Origin: Macrostomum lignano
Taxonomy: Eukaryota
Direction: 5' to 3'
Length of the DNA stretch: 64,000 nt
Assembly (NCBI GenBank): GCA_002269645.1
Contig: NIVC01000038.1
Location: 558,001-622,000 of the forward strand
Position numbers and translations under genes: made by a program. The notes beneath the pieces are model-generated. The model ran no database searches and had not been told where the DNA came from. It saw nothing but the letters and a program-made list of their open reading frames with translations. This document shows positions 48,243 through 60,415 of the stretch, piece after piece (position 1 is the stretch's first letter; every line of letters begins with the position of its first letter).

Positions 48243-50814
48243 CGAAAGAGGCTTTAATGCTGCTGATTGACAGGTAGGATCTGCAAATAAGTGTTGGAGA
48301 CTTTTTACAAAACTGGTTAACAGTTACGTCTCGTATTTAACAAGTGATTACGCAAAGTTTCATGCCTTGTACAATAAATAATTTTTTGTAATGCTACTAG
48401 TAGTTAAAAAACTGTCCCGTAAAAAGCCATCCTTTTCTAGAAATGTTCCAGAGCTCGTACAACTCGGCTGTTTGTGACAGAAATATTGTTTTATCGAGTT
48501 TAAAACAAGTACAATCGACTTATAGGACACGGTAGTTTAAAAATTTAAAAGTGTGCAAATTTCCAACGATTTTACATAGTTGAACTTATCTTATGAAGAC
48601 AAAAGTTTTGAAAAAGAATTATATAATTTATAACGGTTTTTGTTCCGCTATGGCCTAATTATAATTCTGTTTTGAAAAGTGGGAGCATTAAAACTTTTCA
48701 AAGCAATCTTTGCAATCAAAACAAAAGTACACATCAGTAGCTATAGCTTCACGACCATAATTGAAAAAATTGTGTCCTTGAACAAGACACTTAATTATGG
48801 ATTGCTTCTGTTCACCCATGCAGCTGTAAAATGGGTGTCAGCATTAGCTGGGGTAATTGAAGGTGTTGTGGCGCCCCCTCCCCTAGTTCTTGGACTGAAC
48901 TGCCGTACGCAGCCTTTAGATGGTATCGGTTACACAAATGGTCATGAGGGCAGATGTAATCAATTATATTATTTTATTTTCATTCCCATGAAAAACTTTG
49001 GGATTTCATTACTAACTAAAACACAGTAGGAATTTTACTGCCTTTCATAGGTAAACGGGAAATTTATTGCTGTATTGATCGACTCACCTTTGCCGCCTCA
49101 GCAGGCTTCAAAGCCAGACGAAAACTGAGCTTATTGTATGGTAACCAGTTTTAGGCGTTGAATCTTTCTAAAAATGAATAATTGGTTTCATTTTTAGTAT
49201 ATATATATTTTACCATTATCGAAGCTTGTTAAGAAAAACATGAGCTTGGTAAATTTCATAAAAAATTCACCGTCGAAGTTTCAAACATTTTATATTGTAT
49301 GTAGGTAGTTAAAATCACAAGTTCGCTATAGTGACTACTAACAACTAAGCTATCTGAGGCCTAGCGTAATTTTTATTAATTTTTACTTGGTACTCTACTA
49401 ATTAGTAGCAATATATAAGAATAATGCGATAAAAATATCATAAATAAAAATAATGCTTAATGCCTAGATAATTACAGTATTATTAGTATTTTATTCCTGA
49501 TTAATCAATAACTACACTAATAGTAAGCATGCATGCATGTACATTTCTAGCAAAAAGACAACAACGGCAGTTGAAAGTTGACATTTACGAGTAAGTATGA
49601 ATCGTCATAGTTTCAATCACAAAGACCAATAAATTTACAGTTGCATGTAATATCAGGACGTACATTGTAACATTCGCGTTATCTACAAAAACATCTAGGG
49701 CCCAATTTTGCTTAAAATTCAATCTGTAGAATGGGTCTGCACTTCGCAAAAAAAGTCTGATACGTAATACAGTGTACTTCAGTTTTTAGCTAAAATTCGG
49801 GCCTTTAAATATACTGTACTTGCACAGGTACCTACAATGGGACTGTTACGCACTGATTCAACCGTGAAATTACTAATGTATTTTCTTTAATTGATATAAT
49901 TGACTAAAAACGTACGTACAAGTAGCGCTCGTAGCTACTATAAAAACTGTGAAAATTCAGAATGTTAACGGTAATTTATAAATTAACAAATTTATTACTC
50001 ACTGAAAAAACGTTGATTTCGGAAGTTCCCTTTAGAGTGTCTGGCGTGCAAAAATTTGAGCGCAATATACACTGGCGGCAGCCCAATTTGCACCTGGCTG
50101 TAAGTTTTTATTTATACACCATTGGCAGTTTGAAACTGCCAGGCAGAGAGTTGAGTTGAGCTGGGGCATGGCAATTAGCTACTTATCTATAGTTTGTTTA
50201 GTTGAGCTGGCACAATACCCGCACTGCACAACTGGCCCCATCACTTCTTGGCGTCTATAAAGCATTCTAACTATATTCACTTCGACTATATTTCTATATA
50301 TGAATGAGGTTTATACGTCTAGTTTTGAGGGACCCTCTCATCTCTATAGCTGCTGTCTCTATGCAAGTTCCGTTTCTTTCTTTCTGAAAAGAAGTTTTTG
50401 GCTGTCATCGCGGCTAAAGACGGCCCTCTCGTAAATTGTTTGACAGAGTAGACCCGGCGGGAAAACGTGAAAAATGAAGCTACTATGCTATAATGCGTGA
50501 AATGTGTTTTCAAGCTATAAATTGTGGGTCTACAATAGCTGACAGAGGTTCTGCATTGAGGCTGTCTACGGTACCTAATTAGGGTAAGAACGGAGAATAA
50601 GAGGCCGGAGAAGTCTAGCGGTAGACGCGCTATACAAATTCATTTTGAGTTTTGATAGCATCTTTGTGGGCACACAATTCATTCTCTTAGCTTTACCAAC
50701 GGATGTTTCTATTTTTCTATATAATTTTATGAAGCAGCAACTGCTATAGATATTAGCGCCTAATGCAAAGTATAGTAGCAATAAATAACGTTTTTCAAGA
50801 CAGCACCTATAGCA

Positions 50815-50950
50815 CAGAGAGGAGAGAAGGGAGTGGAAAGGAGAGAGGAGAGAAGGGAGTGGAAAGGAGAGAGGAGAGAAGGGAGAAGAAAGGAGAGAGA
50901 AGAGAAGGGAGTGGAAAGGAGAGAGGAGAGAAGGGAGAGGAAAGGAGAGA
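50815..50950 (+). repeat. GA-rich polypurine repeat
   Basis: gagaggagagaagggagtggaaagga units. Confidence 0.85.
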
Positions 50951-51179
50951 GGGAACAAGCCTGAGCGGGCGGGATTGCTTTTGTGAAATTTTCAAGGACC
51001 CGAGGCCCGAATAGAGGCTTTGCGGGCATGCAGTTTGCTGACCCGTGACCAATAGTTTTCTAGTTTAAATATACATGTATATTTAACATATAGGCAATAA
51101 ATATCAATGAATGGTAGCGTATTATTCTAGATCTATATGTGCACTGCAATATTATTTACATGCATCTACCCATTTGCCT

Positions 51180-51447
51180 CCCCCCCCCTCGATGCAATGT
51201 ATCCGCCCCCAAATCCCCCATCGATATAATGTATCCGGCCCCAATCCTCCCCCTCGATGCAATGTATCCGCCCCCCAATCCTCCCCCTCGATGCAATGTA
51301 TCCGCCCCCCAATCCTCCCCCTCGATGCAATGTATCCGCCCCAATCCTCCCCCTCGATGCAATGTATCCGCCCCCCAATCCTCCCCCTCGATGCAATGTA
51401 TCCGCCCCCCCAATCCTCCCCCTCGATGCAATGTATCCGCCCCCCAA
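51180..51447 (+). repeat. ~34-bp minisatellite, G-rich on minus strand (G-quadruplex-prone)
   Basis: cccctcgatgcaatgtatccgccccccaatcctc, ~8 units. Confidence 0.92.
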
Positions 51448-51559
51448 TCCAAAAGTACAAGCAATGTACTTTTGATAACCTCGACGCGTCCTAACCGTAC
51501 GTCTGTCACTATCAAAATCAACTACGTAATTATTTAATGGTCACTCTTCAAATCCCTAA

Positions 51560-52413
51560 CCACAGTGACACATCCCTTCTCAGAGTGAGGCATCCCTTTC
51601 TTAGAGTGACAAATCAATTCCCCAGAGTGACCAATCCCTTACCAGAGTGACAAATCGATTCCCCAGAGTGACCAATCCCTCGCCAGAGTGACCAATCCCT
51701 TACCAGAGTGACAAATCGATTCCCCAGAGTGACCAATCCCTCGCCAGAGTGACAAATCAATTCCCCAGAGTGACCAATCCCTTACCAGAGTGACAAATCG
51801 ATTCCCCAGAGTGACCAATCCCTCGCCAGAGTGACCAATCCCTTACCAGAGTGACAAATCGATTCCCCAGAGTGACCAATCCCTCGCCAGAGTGACAAAT
51901 CAATTCCCCAGAGTGACCAATCCCTTACCAGAGTGACAAATCAATTCCCCAGAGTGACCAATCCCTTACAAGAGTGACAAATCAATTCCCCAGAGTGACC
52001 AATCTCTTCCCCAGAGTGACAAATCAATTCCCCAGAGTGACCAATCTCTTCCCCAGAGTGACAAATCAATTCCCCAGAGTGACCAATCCTTCCCGAGAGT
52101 GACAAATCAATTCCCCAGAGTGACCAATCTCTTCCCCAGAGTGACAAATCAATTTACCAGAGTGACCAATCTCTTCCCCAGAGTGACAAATCAATTCCCC
52201 AGAGTGACCAATCTCTTCCCCAGAGTGACAAATCAATTCCCCAGAGTGACCAATCCCTTCCCAGAGTGACCAATGTCTTTCCAGAGTGACAAATCAATTC
52301 CCCAGAGTGACCAATCTCTTCCCCAGAGTGACAAATCAATTCCCCAGAGTGACCAATCTCTTCCCCAGAGTGACCAATCAATTTACCAGAGTGACCAATC
52401 CTTCCCGAGAGTG
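51560..52413 (+). repeat. ~22-bp minisatellite with alternating variants
   Basis: ccagagtgacaaatcaattccc / cagagtgaccaatctcttccc; positional homologue of the 20-bp array at 8029. Confidence 0.95.
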
Positions 52414-53017
52414 AGTTTCTTGACTGCATGGTCTTACAAAAAAAGCTACCAATAAACGCAAAATAGATTCAAAGGCACGCACAATGCGTAATGTACATGA
52501 TTGAAGCAATCAACCTGAACTGAAAATCGTATTGAAATAACAGTCATCAGCATATACTATTGCGACAGACAGAGCTAAACAATCACAATAAACGCATTTG
52601 AAAACACCCGGTTTAAGGTGCAAGCAACTGTGTGAGCAGGAGTTGATGAAGGATAGCAGAAATTATAGCTGCAACCAAGCCTAAAAGTCCAAAAGCAAAA
52701 ATTAACAAAACGCACGGCTTTTGCTGGTATTGCTCGTAACAGAAAAAGCAGAAATATTAAGTAGAAATTCATATTTCAAATAATTACTTTGGCAAGTTGG
52801 AAAGGTTTCAATTCAAGTCAGTCAGCATTAAGGCTTGGACTTCATTTGCGCACCTCGCTGCTGATCAAGCTGAGCACGGTCATAACGAAAACGAAAAAAC
52901 CACCAGACAGACCGCGAGAATTCAAATTGCATGGTTTAGATTTTCGTGGCAAAAAACTTATTTCACAATTTTTTGTGCAAATTTGTTTATTCATTATACA
53001 GATAAATTTTGTAAGAA

Positions 53018-53983
53018 TCTGGGAGACTGGCCCAGAAACTGAGGATCTGGGAGGCTGGCCCAGAAACTGAGGATCTAGGAGGCTGGCCCAGCAACTGAGG
53101 ATCTGGGAGGCTGGCCCAGCAACTGAGGATCTGGGAGGCTGGCCCAGCAACTGAGGATCTGGGAGGCTGGCCCAGCAACTGAGGATCTGGGAGTCTGGCC
53201 CAGCAACTGAGAAGCTGAGAGGCTGGCCCAGCAACTGAGGATCTGGGAGGCTGGCCCAGCAACTGAGGATCTGGGAGGCTGGCCCAGCAACTGAGGATCT
53301 GAGAGGCTGGCCCAGCAACTGAGGATCTGGGAGGCTGGCCCAGCAACTGAGGATATGGGAGGCTGGCCCAGCAACTGAGGATCTGGGAGGCTGGCCCAGC
53401 AACTGAGGATCTGGGAGGCTGGCCCAGCAACTGAGGATATGGGAGGCTGGCCCAGCAACTGAGGATCTGGGAGGCTGGCCCAGCAACTGAGGATCTGGGA
53501 GGCTGGCCCAGCAACTGAGGATCTGGGAGTCTGGCCCAGCAACTGAGGATCTGGGAGACTGGCCGAGCAACTGAGGATCTGGGAGGCTGGCCCAGCAACT
53601 GAGAATCTGGGAGGCTGGCCCAGCAACTGAGGATCTGGGAGGCTGGCCCAGCAACTGAGGATCTGGGAGGCTGGCCCAGCAACTGAGGATCTGGGAGGCT
53701 GGCCCAGCAACTGAGGATCTGGGAGGCTGGCCCAGCAACTGAGGATCTGGGAGGCTGGCCCAGCAATAGAGGATCAGGGAGACTGGCCCAGCAACTGAGG
53801 ATCTGGGAGGCTGGTGGCCCAGCAACTGAGGATCTGGGAGGCTGGCCCAGCAACTGAGGATCTGGGAGGCTGGCCCAGAAACTTAGGATCTGGGAGGCTG
53901 GCCCAGCAACTGAGGATCTGGGAGGCTGGCTTAGCAACTGAGGATCAGGGAGGCTGGCCCAGCAACTGAGGATCTGGGAGGCT
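53018..53983 (+). repeat. 28-bp minisatellite, same family as 9916-11530, ~34 units
   Basis: ctgggaggctggcccagcaactgaggat tandem units. Confidence 0.97.
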
Positions 53984-54621
53984 GTGGTATGTAATACAAC
54001 AAAAACATGAATTCTTAAAACAGAAAATGAACAAATGATAAACGGATGAAGTATAGAGTTTCAAGCTGAATACAACAATTCGGGGACCACCTGCAGTGAG
54101 CACAACAGAATTTGTCAATAAAAAAATCAAGCACAGCACACTTGCCAAGCAATTGAAAATTCACTTTTCAAAATAAACAGAGATTATAACAACATAAAAC
54201 ATGCTTTTAAAGTAGATATAGGTTTTTTGCCTTAATGCCCATAACGAAAAGATAAATAGAATTAAGCTCTAATCAGCCAAACAATAGATATTGCACAGTT
54301 CATGCATGAATAAGAGCGCAAAACTCAATACACTGTGTCCAGCTATGTAATTATGTAATTTTGAATCAAGGGTTGGCCTAAATGCACAAATAGAGCAGCT
54401 AATAAAGTTCTAAAATTGGCAACACGCAATAAACTTGTTTAACAAATATTTAATAAATACTAAATAATCATTTTTTACTCACGTACTACTCCTGAGTAGC
54501 ATGCTAAGGACATTACATGGTATATATAAAGAAATAGTTCAACTGCAGAGAATATTGGCGATTTTGATTGGCCTACACATATAAATACATGCAGAATATT
54601 TTAAGTAAAGGTAAGACTGCG

Positions 54622-54875
54622 TGGCCCAGCAATTGAGGATTTTGGAGGTTGGCATAGCAAATGAGGACCTGGGAGGCCGGCCTAGCAACTCAGAATCTGG
54701 GAGGCTGGCCCAGCAACTGAGGATCTGGGAGGCTGGTGGCCCAGCAACTGAGGATCTGGGAGGCTGGTGGCCCAGCAACTGAGGATCTGGGAGGCTAACC
54801 CAGCAACTGGGGATCTGGGAAGCTGGCCCAGCAACTGAGGATCCGGGAGGCTCGCATAGCAACTGAGTATTTGGG
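54622..54875 (+). repeat. Short degenerate third array of the same 28-bp family, just downstream of the CD36 stop
   Basis: About 9 diverged units ending ~25 bp before 54902. Confidence 0.88.
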
Positions 54876-54901
54876 GCATCTAGCCCAATGCATCCGCAGA
54901 C

Positions 54902-55478
54902 TCAAGCTCCGGCACCAATGACAGTCTCGGCAGTTTCAGCTTCATCATCAAGAGGCTGACTAGCCGCATCTGCAGCCGCGGAGGCAGAGGCGGAGGCGGA
55001 TGGCAGCAGAGTGGCAGCGGCAGTGTTATCATCCCTGTCGCCGCCGTGGGAACCGTTGCCAACCAAGCCGTTGCCAGGGTTGGCCACCAAGCTGCCCCGT
55101 TTGCATGGCGACGCCGTTGACGAGGTGGACGCGAACGAGGCTTTGCCGGCGCAGAGTCGGAGGCTGCGCGGCCCGGCACGCTGCCGCAGGTAGCGCCGGC
55201 GGCACTTGAAGCCGAGACAGAGCACAGCGAGGCCGCATAGAAGGAAGCCGATAGCCAGGAGGCTCCACTGCACCCGGGCCACTGTGTCGCGCGGCTGCAG
55301 CACTCCGGCTCGGAATTTCTCTGCCGACTCCGGGTCCAGACAGGCCGACTCATTCAGCCAGGCCAGCGGCATGATCAGCGTGCTGTTGAGGTTCTGCAGG
55401 TCTGCGAACTGCCGGCTGGGGGTCACCGCCATGTTTATCTGCGAGTGGGTAGGTAGGTATAGATAGACAGACAGACAC

Positions 55479-55531
<53 letters not shown>

Positions 55532-55533
55532 TG

Positions 55534-55570
<37 letters not shown>

Positions 55571-55605
55571 GCCAAACAAACAGACAGACAGACGGACAGA
55601 CAGAC

Positions 55606-55682
<77 letters not shown>

Positions 55683-55699
55683 GCCAAACAGACAGACAC

Positions 55700-55762
<63 letters not shown>

Positions 55763-55813
55763 GCCAAACAAACAGACAGACAGACGGACAGACAGACAGA
55801 TAGACAGACAGAC

Positions 55814-55858
<45 letters not shown>

Positions 55859-55859
55859 C

Positions 55860-55902
<43 letters not shown>

Positions 55903-57674
55903 CACACACACACACACACCTGCAGCCTCTTGGCCGCCCGCATGACCAGTCCAGTGTTGGGCTCCACATCCAGCACGGTGTCAAACTCTGGGCCAGGGCT
56001 GAGGCCCCCTAAAGCGTCCTGGTACTGCGCAGCGGCCTGGTAGAAATGCGGCTGTGACATGAGGATGGGGGCGCCGTCGGCGCAGGCGGAGATGTTGAGG
56101 ACACCGGAGTCCAGGCAGCGGCCGTCTAAGCAGAAGCCGCGATTGCTGGGGTTCAGAGTGGCGTTCATGAACATCTCGGCTGGTGCTTGAAACCTGGGGG
56201 GGCGGGCGAGTGGCGGCTGAGTGACTGAAAAATCCTCACAGAGTGACTCAAACATCCTCACACAGAGTGACTCAAACATCCTCACATAGAGTGACTGAAA
56301 CATTCCAATAGAGTGACTGAAACATTCCAATAGAGTGACTGAAACATTTAACCATAGATTGACTGAAACGTCACCACAAGAGTGACAGAAGCATCCCCAC
56401 AAGAGTGACAGAAGCATCCCCGCACGAGTGACAGAAGCATCCCCACAAGAGTGACAGAAGCATCCCCACAAGAGTGACAGAAGCATCCCCACAAGAGTGA
56501 CAGAAGCATCCCCACAAGAGTGACAGAAGCATCCCCACAAGAGTGACAGAAGCATCCCCACAAGAGTGACAGAAGCATCCCCACAAGAGTGACAGAAGCA
56601 TCCCTACAAGAGTGACTATACCAACCAAGTTAAAGACACAAACATTGCACACAGAGCACAGAACCGCAGTCAATAGGCAGCTATAGCTCACCTGTACAAT
56701 GGCACAGTATTGTGCAGCATCACATCGCCCCTATACTTGAGATAAATCGATCGGCATATGTCAGAGCTGAACAAGTAGAGCAGATCAGAGCGAGACACGA
56801 ATGGAGGAAACATGGCCCCATCAGTGCCATTAATCATATTGGCCTGAGAGCTGTTCCAATGTAGCAGACGATCTAAACCTTTCCAAGTAAGAATTTCTCC
56901 AAGACGATTGACGTCACCAGCTCCCGTGCGGATCTGGTAGGGGTCGCCCAGACTGCCATTCTTATCGGCAAATAGACCCAGTTCACTTTTTAGTGTAGCG
57001 CCAGCTAGCCTGGCTATTGGCTGCATAGTTTTCAAAAGTAAATCGTGATAACCCCACAGAATCTGTTTAGCAGGCCGGGTCATCACCAATCGATGCTTGC
57101 CGCTTCTTAATAAATTGTTTGCAATCGTTTTCCAGTGAATGCTACTGTACTGCATCTTGTGGGTCAAACCAACGTACATCAGATTCAAAGTTTTCACATT
57201 TGTATCCTCCCAGCAGCAGGACAAATCCCGCCTGAAATGATAAAATGTTGATTGCTGATATCTCAGCACAGAGCCGTTTGAGTTGAATTCAACGCCAGAC
57301 TTTACTCGTCGCTCCTGATAGGTGAACGGTCCGACATCATTGAGCAGGGGTTTACCGCCAGCCAGGAACTCTTGGGGATTAGTGATGTTGAACAGCCAGA
57401 ACTGCATGTAGATTGGTGTACTGGGAGAATTCCAAGCCTTGAAAGTGAAACTGCCATTCACTAGCGGCATTGAGCTGGCAATTCGTGAACGGAATACAGA
57501 CGGGAAAACTGCGACTAAAACTATACTGACTACTATGAGTAGGAGGCCAAGACTGAGGGTGACGCCAAACATGAGCGGCTTTAGTAAGCAAGCAAATATT
57601 TGCTTTGACCTTTTGCGAGTAGGGGCATATGACGGATTCAGATCGGTCTCGTGAATGCCTGCAGAATCCGACAT
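54902..57674 (-). CDS. CD36/SCARB (LIMP-2/SR-B-like) scavenger receptor, ~597 aa; exons 57674-56692, 56193-55920, 55438-54902
   Basis: TM1 followed by FKAW...PIYMQFWLFNITNP..FLAGGKP.LNDVGPFTY, INGTDG.MFPP, SSDICRS, GVLNISAC..GAPI.MSQPHFY, EPNTG....AAKRLQ|IN, TM2. Junctions AG|GTGAGC..CAG|G and CAG|GTGTGT..CAG|ATA keep the frame. First ATG at 57674 (the track start is TTG). Confidence 0.93.
55455..55919 (+). repeat. (GACA)n/(CA)n microsatellite filling CD36 intron 2
   Basis: Direct inspection. Confidence 0.95.
56222..56615 (+). repeat. 22-23-bp minisatellite filling CD36 intron 1
   Basis: acaagagtgacagaagcatcccc units grading into agagtgactcaaacatcctcac. Confidence 0.95.
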
Positions 57675-57809
57675 TATTTTGCTGGATGCGCGATCTTTGC
57701 TCAATAATTGATCGATTTTAATATTAGTTAATGAGCTGAAAAGATTTCATTTGGTTCAATAGTTGGATTATTGTTAGACTATGAGATAATTACAACCACA
57801 ATTTACAAG

Positions 57810-58678
57810 CTCGAAATTCACAAGCTCGAAATTCACCAGTTTGATTCACAAGCTCGAAATTTACCAGTTTGATTCACAAGCTCGAACTTCACCAGTTTGA
57901 TTCACAAGCTCGAACTTCACCAACTAGAGTCACAAGCTCGAAATTCATCAGTTTGAGTCACAAGCTCGAACTTCACCAACTAGAGTCACAAGCTCGTCAT
58001 TCACCAGCTAGATTCATAAGCTCGTCATTCACCAGCTAGATACACAAGCTCGTCATTCACCAGCTAGATTCACAAGCTCGTCATTCACCAGCTAGATTTA
58101 CAAGCTCGTCATTCACCAGCTAGATACACAAGCTCGTCATTCACCAGCTAGATTTACAAGCTCGTCATTCACCAGCTAGATTTACAAGCTCGTCATTCAC
58201 CAGCTAGATTTACAAGCTCGTCATTCACCAGCTAGATACACAAGCTCGTCATTTACCAGCTAGATACACAAGCTCGTCATTCACCAGCTAGATACACAAG
58301 CTCGTCATTCACCAGCTAGATTTACAAGCTCGTCATTCACCAGCTAGATTCACAAGCTCGTCATTCACCAGCTAGATACACAAGCTCGTCATTCACCAGC
58401 TAGATTCACAAGCTCGTCATTCACCAGCTAGATACACAAGCTCGTCATTCACCAGCTAGATACACAAGCTCGTCATTCACCAGCTAGATTCACAAGCTCG
58501 TCATTCACCAGCTAGATACACAAGCTCGTCATTCACCAGCTAGATTCACAAGCTCGTCATTCACCAGCTAGATACACAAGCTCGTCATTCACCAGCTAGA
58601 TACACAAGCTCGTCATTCACCAGCTAGATACACAAGCTCGTCATTCACCAGCTAGATACACAAGCTCGTCATTCACCT
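57810..58678 (+). repeat. 28-bp minisatellite (cacaagctcgtcattcaccagctagata)n upstream of CD36, ~31 units
   Basis: Direct tandem units with polarised variants; sequence unrelated to the other 28-bp family. Confidence 0.96.
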
Positions 58679-59744
58679 ATCTAAAATATAGCAGTTTGTA
58701 AGATATAACAAAAATTTATAATAATATAAAACAAGAAGCACAAGACATTAAGATACTGCAACAAATTCCCTAAATTGTATTTAAATATGACAGCGTCTTC
58801 ACTTTCAAAAATGTGCTTGTTCATGACTTTTTACAAGCTACATAAAGAAATTGAGTAATCTCACATTTTTGTTAGAAAACAACAGAGTACGATAAAATTG
58901 ATATCCTGCTGGGAGACACGCTGATAAATTAATTGAACAATAAAAAACTTGGTGTGTAACAATAACGACAAACCTGGCAAAAAATATGGCGTTATTATAA
59001 TAAATATTAATAAGTCTAACACTAGGGAGATTATAATCTTGCGGTTCTCATGTGTTATGTTATACGTGCTCAAAATGGATAATTAACACAATGCTTAATG
59101 AGAGTTAACTATGAGAAGAATTCGTTATTAACTAGCAACACTTGTTCCCAAAAACCCAGCCTCCAAAAATGCTTTTCTAAGAAAAAAGTTTTCCTTTGTT
59201 TTTTTAAGTGCGCTATTTGAGCCAATTTTTTTGGGAAATCTTAGAAATCATAGAGTTAAGCGATTGCACATCAAGATGCGGATTTTAATGTGAAAAATGA
59301 ATAATACACAATCCATATAAATAAAAACAATGGTCGGTTCATAAACAGGCAAATATCAAAGTTATCATTCAGAGATATGAGCATGCGAAAAATTGTTCGA
59401 TTTTAAATTTAGCAACAACACAAATTTAAACAAATTTTCATTAACTCAGGCTGTTCATGATGCGGTTTGTAATTAAGTGAAAATGCCGTTTCATAAGTAG
59501 AAATATTATACTGTGTAAACTTGATAAATAAATATTTATTAACACACAAAGTATAAAAGTTCAAAGTTGTTTACAAAATTTCCTATTATAAATATTAAAT
59601 TTTCTTTAACAAACAAAAACTAATTTAACATTCGTTGCAAAGATTACACGTGTAATACGCCTTTATACAAGTTAAAATACAAAAAAATTACTTGTTTTTT
59701 TAAGCTTAAGCATAGGTATTAAATAGGTTTCACGGGATCACAGG

Positions 59745-60314
59745 GACTGAGGCCTGAGAGAGTGGAGAGGCAGACTCTCAAAGACTGAGGGGAGTTGAGA
59801 GGGCAGACTCTCAAGGACTGAGGGGAGTTGAGAGGGCAGACTCTCAAGGATTGAGGGGAGTTGAGAGGGCAGACTCTCAAGGACTGAGGGTAGTTGAGAG
59901 GGCAGACTCTCACAGACTGAGGGTAGTTGAGAGGGCAGACTCTCAAGGATTGAGGGGAGTTGAGAGGGCAGACTCTCACGGACTGAGGGGAGTTGAGAGG
60001 GCAGACTCTCAAGGACTGAGGGTAGTTGAGAGGGCAGACTCTCAAGGATTGAGGGGAGTTGAGAGGGCAGACTCTCAAGGACTGAGGGGAGTCGAGAGGG
60101 CAGACTCTCACGGACTGAGGGGAGTCGAGAGGGCAGACTCTCAAGGACTGAGGGTAGTTGAGAGGGCAGACTCTCAAGGATTGAGGGGAGTTGAGAGGGC
60201 AGACTCTCAAGGACTGAGGGGAGTCGAGAGGGCAGACTCTCACGGACTGAGGGTAGTTGAGAGGGCAGACTCTCACGGACTGAGGGGAGTCGAGAGGGCA
60301 GACTCTCAAGGATT
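59745..60314 (+). repeat. 33-bp minisatellite (gactgaggggagttgagagggcagactctcaag)n downstream of the SUN stop
   Basis: About 17 units; 11-aa period in spurious ORFs. Confidence 0.96.
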
Positions 60315-60415
60315 GATGTTTGAACTCAATGGCAGGTGTCCTACACTGAATACTGAGACTTCAAAGCACACCTTAGTGACAGTAATATATATTAAAAATA
60401 TGATAAGTCACAGCG

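Noticed and set aside
52842-53937. 327/316/211-aa ORFs
   Set aside because: Same 28-bp minisatellite read-through.
55350-56561. 403-aa and 360-aa ORFs with VCLS repeats as separate genes
   Set aside because: They are CD36 exons 2 and 3 read through satellite-filled introns; canonical splice sites give a clean CD36 protein.
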